From assembly GCA_031421935.1 (NCBI GenBank), contig JANOPQ010000262.1, positions 12,649-76,648 on the forward strand: a stretch of DNA of 64,000 nt. Reading direction: 5' to 3'. A model generated the notes under the pieces. That model saw only the letters and a list, made by a program, of their open reading frames with translations, made no database searches and was not told the origin of the DNA. Positions within the stretch are counted from its first letter, which is position 1; every line of letters starts with the position of its first letter. Of the stretch, positions 56,289-64,000 are shown piece by piece. The translations under genes were made by a program, and so were the position numbers. This DNA is from Bacteroidota bacterium. Lineage in GTDB: Bacteria > Bacteroidota > Bacteroidia > AKYH767-A > OLB10.

Positions 56289-58784
56289 ATGATTTCTTCT
56301 CGGTCAATATTCAATTCTCTTATTCTCGGTTTATTGTGTGTTCTTGGTTACACTTCTATCGCTCAAACTGTACCACTTTCCAACTGGACATTCAAGCAAT
56401 CTACATCAAAGAAATGGCTCCCTGCACAGGTTCCTGGAACTGTTCATACCGATTTATTAAGAAATAAAATTATCAAGGATCCTTTTCTCGACGATAATGA
56501 AAAGAAAGTCCAGTGGGTAGGAGAAGCGAATTGGGATTATCAATGTAAATTTTCTTGTGAGGAGTCCATCTTAAGAAAACCACAAATACATTTGAATTTT
56601 GAAGCACTCGATACGTATGCGGATGTATATTTAAACGATTCATTGATTTTAAGAGCTGATAATATGTTTTGTTATTGGAAGGTGAATGTAAAAACTATTC
56701 TACGAAAGAAAAATACGCTTTTAGTGAAATTTAAGTCGCCAGAAGCCGAAGCAAAGTTAGCTGCACAGAAGTTGAATTACACCTTACCAGAAGGCTTGCG
56801 TAGCTTCACGCGCAAAGCTCAATTTCATTACGGCTGGGATTTTGCTCCTAAACTTTTAACGTGCGGAATTTGGAAAGCAGTGAATTTAGTAGCAGAGAAG
56901 GAAGTGGCATTGAACTCAATTCGTGTCCTATCCAAAATGAGTATAGGCGATACTGTTAGTGGACAGGCTTTTGTTAAAATTAATTCTACTATTCAAAAGA
57001 AAACTTATCTAACCTTTAATGTCATCGGTACAAATGTAAAGTTGATTCATGAAATAAATATTCAACGAGGTGAACAAACAGTAAGTATTCCCTTTGTTAT
57101 TCCAAATGCTCAACGATGGCAAATCAATGGGAAAGGAGAACAACCTATTTATAAAATAGTTTGCCGATTGGAAGAAGATACATTGAATCAAGTAGAGTGT
57201 AAAACTGGATTCCGTACAGTTGAATTAAAAACTAATAAAGACGTAATTGGTAGTGAATTTGGATTTCGCATAAATGGAAAAGATGCATTTGTTCGTGGTG
57301 CAAATATGGTTCCGCCTGATGTGTTTTTACCAAACGTAGGTGTGGATGAATACAAGTCTTTAGTTTTAAAGGCAAAGGAAGCAGGAATGAACATGCTACG
57401 TGTTTGGGGTGGGGGAGTGTATTTGCCGGATGCATTTTATGATTATTGTGATCAGAATGGAATTATGGTTTGGCAAGATTTTATGTTTGCATGTAGTATG
57501 ATTCCAGGCGATACAGCATTTGCTTCCAATGTGCGAACAGAAGCTATTCAACAAGTGGAACGATTGTCTTCCCATCCTTGTATTGTATTATGGTGTGGAA
57601 ATAACGAGAGTGATGAAGGTTGGCATAATTGGGGTTGGCAAAAACAATTTAATTATTCACCTGCAGATTCAACAAAAATTTGGAATGATTATAAAAATGT
57701 ATTTCAATCCATTTTATCTAATGTAGTAGATTCTTTACATCCATCGTGTTCGTATTGGTCTTCTTCTCCTTCCATTGGTTGGGGACGAAAGGAAAGTATG
57801 TTGTCGGGCGATAGCCATTATTGGGGTGTATGGTGGGGCATGGAAGATTTTGAAGTGTACAAAAAGAAAACAGGACGATTCATGAGTGAATATGGATTTC
57901 AATCGATGGCGGATGTGAGTTCGTATCGATCAAGCATTTCTAAAATGGATTTTACATCTCCTGCATTTTTAAATCATCAAAAGCATCCAAAAGGTTTTGA
58001 AACCATCAATGAATACTTGAAGCGTTATTTTAAAGTTCCAACTACTATCGATGATTATGCGTACCTCTCACAGTTGCAACAAGCATATGGAATGGACATA
58101 GCCACCAAAGCGCATCGAAGTGCATTTCCAATTTGTAGAGGCACTTTGTTTTGGCAGTTTAATGATTGCTGGCCTGCTGTATCTTGGAGCAGTCTTTCAA
58201 AAAATCTCCATCCTAAATTAATTTATTCTACCGTTAAACATAATTTCGATGCCTTGTTTGTCACTACTTCAGAAACAGAAAGAGGATTGTCAACGTATTT
58301 GCATTACGACGGACAAGAATCCATTTCCATTACTGTAAGATTGTATTATGTAAGAACAGATATGCTGACTGAACCCATTTCAATTGACGAACGTTATTTA
58401 ATTCTGAATCCCGATACCGTGATCAAGGATTGTATTTTTTTTCCGAGTCACCAAATGAGAAATTTGGACACAAATCATATTGTTTTAGTTACGGAAGTGA
58501 TTGATAATTTTCATTTCAATGTCATTTATCGAGATTTTTTCTTTCGTAATCGTCCTAATAAAATCGATTTCCATCCAACTAAGCTTAAAGTGGAGATGAT
58601 CGATAATACCAGTTTGATCGTTACTTCCAATGTATTTACGTATGGCTTGTATTTTTACGATGAAGAAGGAAAATGCAAGTTTGAAAATAATGGAATTCAT
58701 TTGATGCCCAACGAAAGCAAGTTGATTAATTTCACCGGCCCGGCAGATAAGATCAAATGGAAATGCTGGAATAATATGAAGTAA
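56289..58784 (+). CDS. GH2 beta-mannosidase
   Basis: 831 aa with a signal peptide. The N-terminal W.F....KWLPAQVPGTVHTDLLRNKIIKDPF pattern and the NESDEG and WQFNDCWP regions are typical of bacterial beta-mannosidases. Confidence 0.85.
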   Translation: MISSRSIFNSLILGLLCVLGYTSIAQTVPLSNWTFKQSTSKKWLPAQVPGTVHTDLLRNKIIKDPFLDDNEKKVQWVGEANWDYQCKFSCEESILRKPQIHLNFEALDTYADVYLNDSLILRADNMFCYWKVNVKTILRKKNTLLVKFKSPEAEAKLAAQKLNYTLPEGLRSFTRKAQFHYGWDFAPKLLTCGIWKAVNLVAEKEVALNSIRVLSKMSIGDTVSGQAFVKINSTIQKKTYLTFNVIGTNVKLIHEINIQRGEQTVSIPFVIPNAQRWQINGKGEQPIYKIVCRLEEDTLNQVECKTGFRTVELKTNKDVIGSEFGFRINGKDAFVRGANMVPPDVFLPNVGVDEYKSLVLKAKEAGMNMLRVWGGGVYLPDAFYDYCDQNGIMVWQDFMFACSMIPGDTAFASNVRTEAIQQVERLSSHPCIVLWCGNNESDEGWHNWGWQKQFNYSPADSTKIWNDYKNVFQSILSNVVDSLHPSCSYWSSSPSIGWGRKESMLSGDSHYWGVWWGMEDFEVYKKKTGRFMSEYGFQSMADVSSYRSSISKMDFTSPAFLNHQKHPKGFETINEYLKRYFKVPTTIDDYAYLSQLQQAYGMDIATKAHRSAFPICRGTLFWQFNDCWPAVSWSSLSKNLHPKLIYSTVKHNFDALFVTTSETERGLSTYLHYDGQESISITVRLYYVRTDMLTEPISIDERYLILNPDTVIKDCIFFPSHQMRNLDTNHIVLVTEVIDNFHFNVIYRDFFFRNRPNKIDFHPTKLKVEMIDNTSLIVTSNVFTYGLYFYDEEGKCKFENNGIHLMPNESKLINFTGPADKIKWKCWNNMK

Positions 58785-58874
58785 GTTATTGCCATTAGGA
58801 CCTGTTTATACCATTACTTTTCTCTTTGAGATCGGTCATATGATTAAATTTTATGGAAGATGCGATATTTTGAT

Positions 58875-58882
58875 TATTTTTG
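58875..58882 (+). promoter_or_regulatory. Candidate -7 box TATTTTTG, 4 nt upstream of the GH92 ATG (leaderless geometry)
   Basis: Perfect TAnnTTTG match read directly from the sequence. Confidence 0.4.
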
Positions 58883-58886
58883 ATTC

Positions 58887-61811
58887 ATGTATTCAAAAAT
58901 AATTCTCTTCCTTCTCAATTTATTATTTTTCATTCCTCCTAGTTACGCACAGGATTTATCAAAATACGCCGATCCCATGACCGGCACAGGTGGCGTTGGA
59001 CACACCTACCCTGGAGCTACTTTACCTCACGGAATGGTGCAACTAAGTCCCGATACGCGCCGTGATGGAAGCTGGGAAGGATGCGCTGGATATTATAATG
59101 CGGATACACTCATCTACGGATTTACACACACTCATTTAAGCGGTACTGGTTGTTCCGATTATGGTGATATTTTATTGATGCCTGGTCAAGGGAAACATTC
59201 TTTTGTTCCAACGGAATATGGATCTAAGTATAGTCATGCTACGGAAAAAGCATCTCCCGGATTTTATGAAGTGCAGTTATCAGACGATAATATTAAAGTA
59301 GAGTTAACAACGAGTCTCCGAGCTGGATTTCATAAGTATGTGTATCCAAATTCAGAAAATCAATTTGTAATTCTTGATTTGCAGCATCGCGATAAAACAT
59401 TGCGTTCTGAATTGACTTATGTAAACAAACATGTATTAGAAGGGTATCGTCGAAGTGAAGCATGGGCAAAGGATCAGTTCGTTTTTTTCTCGATTGAGTT
59501 TTCAAAACCCATCAGTAGTGTTTCTTTGAAAGGATTTGTTGAGAAAATGATTTTAGGAAGAACAATCGATCATGACGAACTATGTGCTGCGATCCATTTT
59601 GAGAGTAATGTTTCAGATAAGAGTAATACACTTTTAGTAAAAGTTGGAATCTCTACTGCCGATGCAGAAGGCGCTCGTAAGAACAGAGAAGCCGAAATTC
59701 CAGATTGGAATTTTGAAAAAGTAAAGTCAGATGCAAAGATGATGTGGAACAAAGAACTTTCTAAAATTGTAGTTTTTGGAAAGTCAGAAAGAGATAAAAC
59801 AAATTTTTACACGTCCTTGTATCACACGATGATTGTTCCCAATATTATTTCAGATGTGGATGGTCGTTATCGTGGACGTGATAATACCGTTCATAACGGG
59901 GATGGATTTACGCATTATACCGTTTTTAGTTTGTGGGATACATTTAGAGCTGCTCATCCTCTATATAATTTAATTGATAGAAGTAGAAGTTTGGATTATA
60001 TTAAGTCTTTGCTGAATCAATATCAATTAGGTGGGCGTCTCCCTGTTTGGGAGCTGGGCGCTAATGAAACTGATTGTATGATCGGGTATCATAGCGTTTC
60101 TTTAATTGCAGATGCACTGGTAAAAGGAGTAAGTAACTTTGATACTGCCTATGCTTATGAAGCCATGAAGAAAAGTGCAACATGGAATCATTTGGGTTTA
60201 CCACAATATATGGAACATGGTTATCTTGCTGTAGAAGATGAGCATGAGTCGGTTTCTAAAACATTAGAATATGCCTACGATGATTGGTGTATTTCAGAAG
60301 TAGCACGTATGCTAGATAAAGGAGTAGAACAACAAACTTATTTACGTCGTGCAGCTTCGTATCGAAATGTTTTTGATCCCACCACGGGATTTATGCGTCC
60401 TCGTCGGAATGGTGATTTCATTCCCAATTTCGATCCGCGCGAAGTAAACAATCATTATACCGAAGCTAACTCCTGGCAGTATTCTTTTTTTGTTCCACAA
60501 GATATACCCGGACTAATTTTTATGATGGGTGGCGATCAACAAGCAGAAGCAAAGTTGGATGGATTGTTTTCTGAAAACAGCGAAACTACTGGTCGTACGC
60601 AAGCTGATATTACAGGATTAATAGGACAGTATGCACATGGAAACGAGCCGAGTCATCACATGGCGTATTTGTATGATTATATTGGGAAGCCTTATAAAAC
60701 ACAAAAATTAGTACGTACCATCATGGACAGTCTTTATCATAAAGGTCCGGAAGGGTTGCCAGGTAATGAAGACTGCGGGCAAATGTCGGCGTGGTTTGTA
60801 TGGAGCGCCATGGGATTTTATCCTGTGACTCCAGGAAGTCCTTACTATGCAGTGGGAAGTCCATTGTTTGATTCGGTGCATGTAAATTTGGAGAATGGAA
60901 ATCGCATCCGCATCCTTGCCAAAGGGAATTCACTAACGTCGTTGTATGTACGTAGTGTGAAGATGGATGGAGTTGAGCAAGAAAATAATTTGATTACGCA
61001 TGATGATTTTGTAAAATCAAAAGAATTAGTTTTTGAGATGAGTGCTACACCCGAAGTTTCGCGTGGTGCAACCTCTGAAAAAAGAGGAACGATGAACTCT
61101 CCCTATTTTTATAGAGCGCCTTTAATAAAATCAGAAGGACGAATATTTAAAGATAGTTTACTCGTCAATATTGTTTCTTTAGATGGAGCGATGATGTTGT
61201 ATGGGTACAATCCCGGACTCATGATGATGGGCGAATATTACCGTAAACCATTTTACATTCATGAAAGCACAACGCTCTATGCTCAATGCGGCGATCAGAA
61301 AGGAAAGAGTGGGGTTACGCAAGCTTCCTTTTTTAAATTACCAAATAATTGGAGTGTACTATTGCACAGTACTCCCGGTAAGCAATATTCTGCAGAAGGA
61401 TCGATCTCTATGATTGATGGAATTCATGGAACGGAGAATTGGAGGAAAGGAGATTGGCATGGCTATCAATCCCAAGATATGGATGTTGAAATTCAAATGG
61501 ACAAAGAACAAAAAATATCCAGCGTTAGTGTTGGCTTTTTGCAAGACACTCGCTCTTGGATTTTAATGCCCGCGAAAATGAATGTAGAAGTTTCAATAGA
61601 TGGAAAGTCATGGAAGAAAATCACAGAGGTTGTGAATCAGGTACCAGATACTAATATGGTAGTGAATACTCAAATACTCACTGCTAAATTTCCACCGGTG
61701 AAAGCAAAGTACGTTCGTATAAAAGCAAAAAATTATGGTGTATTACCCAAGTGGCATCAAGGTGCAGGGTATGATGCGTATATTTTTTGTGATGAGATTG
61801 AGGTAAAATAA
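58887..61811 (+). CDS. GH92 alpha-mannosidase with a C-terminal discoidin-like module
   Basis: DPMTGTGGVGHTYPGATLPHGMVQLSPDT, FTHTHLSGTGC and GNEPSHHMAYLY are classic GH92 motifs. The C-terminal 150 aa or so resemble the GH20 C-terminal module. Confidence 0.92.
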   Translation: MYSKIILFLLNLLFFIPPSYAQDLSKYADPMTGTGGVGHTYPGATLPHGMVQLSPDTRRDGSWEGCAGYYNADTLIYGFTHTHLSGTGCSDYGDILLMPGQGKHSFVPTEYGSKYSHATEKASPGFYEVQLSDDNIKVELTTSLRAGFHKYVYPNSENQFVILDLQHRDKTLRSELTYVNKHVLEGYRRSEAWAKDQFVFFSIEFSKPISSVSLKGFVEKMILGRTIDHDELCAAIHFESNVSDKSNTLLVKVGISTADAEGARKNREAEIPDWNFEKVKSDAKMMWNKELSKIVVFGKSERDKTNFYTSLYHTMIVPNIISDVDGRYRGRDNTVHNGDGFTHYTVFSLWDTFRAAHPLYNLIDRSRSLDYIKSLLNQYQLGGRLPVWELGANETDCMIGYHSVSLIADALVKGVSNFDTAYAYEAMKKSATWNHLGLPQYMEHGYLAVEDEHESVSKTLEYAYDDWCISEVARMLDKGVEQQTYLRRAASYRNVFDPTTGFMRPRRNGDFIPNFDPREVNNHYTEANSWQYSFFVPQDIPGLIFMMGGDQQAEAKLDGLFSENSETTGRTQADITGLIGQYAHGNEPSHHMAYLYDYIGKPYKTQKLVRTIMDSLYHKGPEGLPGNEDCGQMSAWFVWSAMGFYPVTPGSPYYAVGSPLFDSVHVNLENGNRIRILAKGNSLTSLYVRSVKMDGVEQENNLITHDDFVKSKELVFEMSATPEVSRGATSEKRGTMNSPYFYRAPLIKSEGRIFKDSLLVNIVSLDGAMMLYGYNPGLMMMGEYYRKPFYIHESTTLYAQCGDQKGKSGVTQASFFKLPNNWSVLLHSTPGKQYSAEGSISMIDGIHGTENWRKGDWHGYQSQDMDVEIQMDKEQKISSVSVGFLQDTRSWILMPAKMNVEVSIDGKSWKKITEVVNQVPDTNMVVNTQILTAKFPPVKAKYVRIKAKNYGVLPKWHQGAGYDAYIFCDEIEVK

Positions 61812-61859
61812 TTGGGGCAGAAAAATTCTTAGTAAATTATTAAAAGGACACAAGTGAAT

Positions 61860-62870
61860 ATGATCAATCGCAGAAAATTTATTCGTCACTCTGTTTTATC
61901 TACAGGAGCAATTTTACTTGCTCAAAATTTGAATGCACGAGTACCTTCTACCAATAGTTTTCCGCTCGTGATTTCAACATGGGCTCCCAATGTGAAAGCT
62001 AATAAAGTAGCTTGGGAGATATTAGCTAAAGGCGGTCGTGCGCTTGACGCCATTGAAAAAGGTGTGATGGTTACAGAAGCAGATCCTGAGGACACTAGTG
62101 TTGGATACGGAGGATTACCAGACAGAGATGGAAATGTTACGTTGGATGCATGCATCATGGATGAATTGGGTGGATGTGGTTCAGTAATGTGCATTGAAAA
62201 CATTATGCATCCTGTTTCAGTTGCGCGATTGGTAATGGAAAAAACACCACACGTAGTATTAGTTGGCAGAGGTGCTTTTGAATTTGCATTGAAGAATGGA
62301 TTTAAAAAGGAAAATTTATTGACACCTAATTCCGAAAAAATTTGGAAAGAGTGGTTGAAAACAAGTAAGTACAATCCAATGGATACCATGAAGCACATGA
62401 AAGATAAGCGTGCTCCAGGTTCTATAGACAATCATGATACAATCGGAATGCTTGCTATGGATGTGAACGGAAATTTGTCGGGGGCATGCTCTACTAGCGG
62501 AATGGCATTTAAGATGAAAGGTCGAGTAGGAGATTCCCCGATTATTGGAGCCGGTTTATTTGTAGATAATGAAGTAGGTGCCGCCACAGCAACTGGAGTA
62601 GGAGAAGAAGTAATTCGAATTTGCGGTTCACATACCGTTGTGGAAGCCATGCGTTATGGTAAATCTCCATTGGAAGCCTGTCAAATTGCAGTAGAACGTA
62701 TGCATAAAGTGCGTAAAAATCATTTGAACGATATGCAGATTGGATTCATTGCAGTAAATAAGAGTGGAGAGATAGGAGCTTTTGCATTGAATGAAGGTTT
62801 TACATACGCTTATCGAATCGGAGACGGATTTGATGTGATCAAATCTGCTGACTTTTTACTGAAGAAGTAA
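61860..62870 (+). CDS. N4-(beta-N-acetylglucosaminyl)-L-asparaginase (glycosylasparaginase, Ntn hydrolase) with a Tat-like signal
   Basis: MINRRKFIRHSVLSTGAILLAQ is a Tat-like signal. The autoproteolysis site is NHDTIGMLAMD. GDSPIIGAGLFVDN is typical of the family. Confidence 0.9.
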   Translation: MINRRKFIRHSVLSTGAILLAQNLNARVPSTNSFPLVISTWAPNVKANKVAWEILAKGGRALDAIEKGVMVTEADPEDTSVGYGGLPDRDGNVTLDACIMDELGGCGSVMCIENIMHPVSVARLVMEKTPHVVLVGRGAFEFALKNGFKKENLLTPNSEKIWKEWLKTSKYNPMDTMKHMKDKRAPGSIDNHDTIGMLAMDVNGNLSGACSTSGMAFKMKGRVGDSPIIGAGLFVDNEVGAATATGVGEEVIRICGSHTVVEAMRYGKSPLEACQIAVERMHKVRKNHLNDMQIGFIAVNKSGEIGAFALNEGFTYAYRIGDGFDVIKSADFLLKK

Positions 62871-62902
62871 ATCCGTGCCAATCCTAATAATTCGTTTTAT
62901 CT

Positions 62903-62926
62903 GCGCCGGCCTGCAGCAGGCAGGTT
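62903..62926. repeat. GC-rich palindromic element, short form (GCGCCGGCCTGCAGCAGGCAGGTT)
   Basis: It matches 56164-56187 at 22/24 positions and lies 33 nt after the glycosylasparaginase stop. Confidence 0.65.
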
Positions 62927-62969
62927 CCCCTATATCATCCTGGCTAAATAATTCCAATATAAAAAGTAG

Positions 62970-63653
62970 ATGCTTCTAGAACTCGCTACATTCAATATTG
63001 AATCTGTGCACATAGCGGTTGCTGCAGGCGTTCATCGTCTGGAGCTGTGCGAGGATTACACTTGTGGAGGCGTCACTCCTTCTTTAAATTATTTTAACGA
63101 AGCACGAAAATTATTTCATGAAAAAATTTTTGTAATGATTCGTGCTCGACCCGGGTCATTTGTTTATTCCGAAGAAGAGTTTGAAAAAATGTTGCGAAGT
63201 TTAGAAATGTTTATAGAATTGGGTGCAGATGGTTTTGTAGGTGGATTTATGAACGAAGATCAAACAATCAATGAAAATCAACTTGGTAAATTTTTAATTG
63301 AATGCCAACCTTTACCCTTTACATTTCATCGTGCCTTTGATCAAGTTCGTGATTGGAAATTAGGTCTCGATATTTTATTAAAATATGGTTGTGAGCGTGT
63401 ACTTACCTCTGGAGATGGAAAAACTGCGGAGGAAGGCATGGTTCGACTCAAGGAAATGATCGACTATGTAAAAGGAGAATTGATGATACTTCCTGGTGGT
63501 GGAATTCGTTCTTCTAATCTTGAAAGCATGTTGGATGTTTGTCAGCTTGAAGAAATTCATACAGCTGGAATCACACAAGAAAATTTGCTGAATGGAAAAT
63601 TTATTGCCGATGAAAGTGAATTGTTGAAAATAATTGAAATAATGAAAAAATAA
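62970..63653 (+). CDS. cutC: CutC-family protein
   Basis: 227 aa. The N-terminal LELATFNIESVHIAVAAGVHRLELCEDYTCGGVTPS matches the CutC TIM-barrel N-terminal pattern. Confidence 0.85.
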   Translation: MLLELATFNIESVHIAVAAGVHRLELCEDYTCGGVTPSLNYFNEARKLFHEKIFVMIRARPGSFVYSEEEFEKMLRSLEMFIELGADGFVGGFMNEDQTINENQLGKFLIECQPLPFTFHRAFDQVRDWKLGLDILLKYGCERVLTSGDGKTAEEGMVRLKEMIDYVKGELMILPGGGIRSSNLESMLDVCQLEEIHTAGITQENLLNGKFIADESELLKIIEIMKK

Positions 63654-63656
63654 ATT

Positions 63657-64000
63657 CTACTTTTTCCTTTTGCTATTTATCTTTTGAAGTTCTTCAACAT
63701 TTGCTTTGTCTTTTAATCGACCTGTAGAAATTTTACTTGTGATAAGATGGTTGTAATTAATGATTTTAACTTGTTGGTCAGCGATAGGAAAATAACTAGA
63801 TTGATCGAAAGCTTCTAAGAATTCAACTTGTTGAATTTTAGTCAAAAAATCTATTCTTTTTGGAGATTCTCCAAAATAAAATACTTGAGGTTGGCTAAAA
63901 TCTAATTTTTGAAGTTGTGCTATTGTAGATTCATTTACTTTAATTTCTTTAAAAGCACTAATAAATGCGGTTTTGTTTTCTTCCGTTGGCTCGAGCCAAA
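63657..64000 (-). CDS. Hypothetical protein, partial (N-terminus beyond window end); possibly a small nucleotidyltransferase-fold protein
   Basis: My own translation shows the frame is open from 63998 downward (WLEPTEENKTAFISAFKEIKVNE...PKRIDFLTKIQQVEFLEAF...LITSKISTGRLKDKANVEELQKI). The ORF-track entry starting at 63845 is only a TTG-truncated part. The family guess rests on the RIDxLT...GRxKDxxxxEEL pattern alone. Confidence 0.5.
   Translation of the reverse strand, partial: WLEPTEENKTAFISAFKEIKVNESTIAQLQKLDFSQPQVFYFGESPKRIDFLTKIQQVEFLEAFDQSSYFPIADQQVKIINYNHLITSKISTGRLKDKANVEELQKINSKRKK

Noticed and set aside
61922-62431. 169-aa minus-strand ORF (and 62432-62650, 72 aa)
   Set aside because: They are antisense to the well-supported glycosylasparaginase gene and contain no recognisable motifs.
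9267-62969. All intergenic regions scanned for tRNA/rRNA/tmRNA-like sequences and riboswitch-like leaders
   Set aside because: No T-loop (GGTTCGAATCC-like) or cloverleaf candidates and no recognisable riboswitch cores were seen by eye. A proper tRNAscan/Infernal run is still needed.
1-64000. Searched for mobile-element or defence hallmarks (transposase, integrase, restriction-modification, toxin-antitoxin, cas, reverse transcriptase)
   Set aside because: None of the ORF translations show such motifs. The only vaguely TA-like candidate is the partial nucleotidyltransferase-like ORF at 63657-64000, which is truncated and lacks a visible partner in the window.

Overview
This is a 64-kb chromosomal segment of a low-GC Bacteroidota genome. 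The phylum call rests on SprB-type repeats, a T9SS type-B C-terminal sorting domain, PorP/SprF, a DUF4292/TPR/degenerate-LytM envelope block and TAnnTTTG promoter boxes. I saw no rRNA, tRNA, CRISPR, transposase, integrase or phage genes. Layout: (i) 1-9266, minus strand: the N-terminal >3,088 aa of a giant surface adhesin (signal peptide, CUB-like and PPC-like head, then about 34 tandem SprB-type repeats). It runs off the window edge, so it is missing from the ORF track. (ii) 9.9-18.7 kb: housekeeping genes (gpsA, tatA, a LuxR-type response regulator, the EnvC-like/DUF4292/TPR block, a sugar nucleotidyltransferase, dut). (iii) 19.15-40.2 kb: one 18-gene same-strand Wza/Wzc/Wzx/Wzy polysaccharide operon. 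It contains an unusual kinase / NTase-P-loop kinase / methyltransferase-like trio. Between the last glycosyltransferase and the WecA-like initiating transferase it also carries a translationally coupled T9SS type-B cargo (NHL propeller) and a PorP/SprF-OmpA fusion. This is my best candidate for an undescribed system. (iv) 40-51 kb: mixed metabolism and regulation (M28 peptidase, omega-amidase plus aminotransferase, fructosamine kinase, MarR, a 1,235-aa orphan histidine kinase, a biotinyl-domain protein, a Tat-signal SOD, an OmpA-like lipoprotein). (v) 52.3-63.7 kb: an N-glycan core catabolic cluster (FucP-type MFS, GH20, GH2 beta-mannosidase, GH92, glycosylasparaginase, CutC). Non-coding oddities are a family of GC-rich palindromes, a 161-bp element with 24-nt terminal inverted repeats, 7- and 8-nt microsatellites, and four genes whose ATG lies 3-4 nt after a perfect TAnnTTTG box (leaderless geometry). 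All family assignments come from reading motifs by eye; no database search was run.
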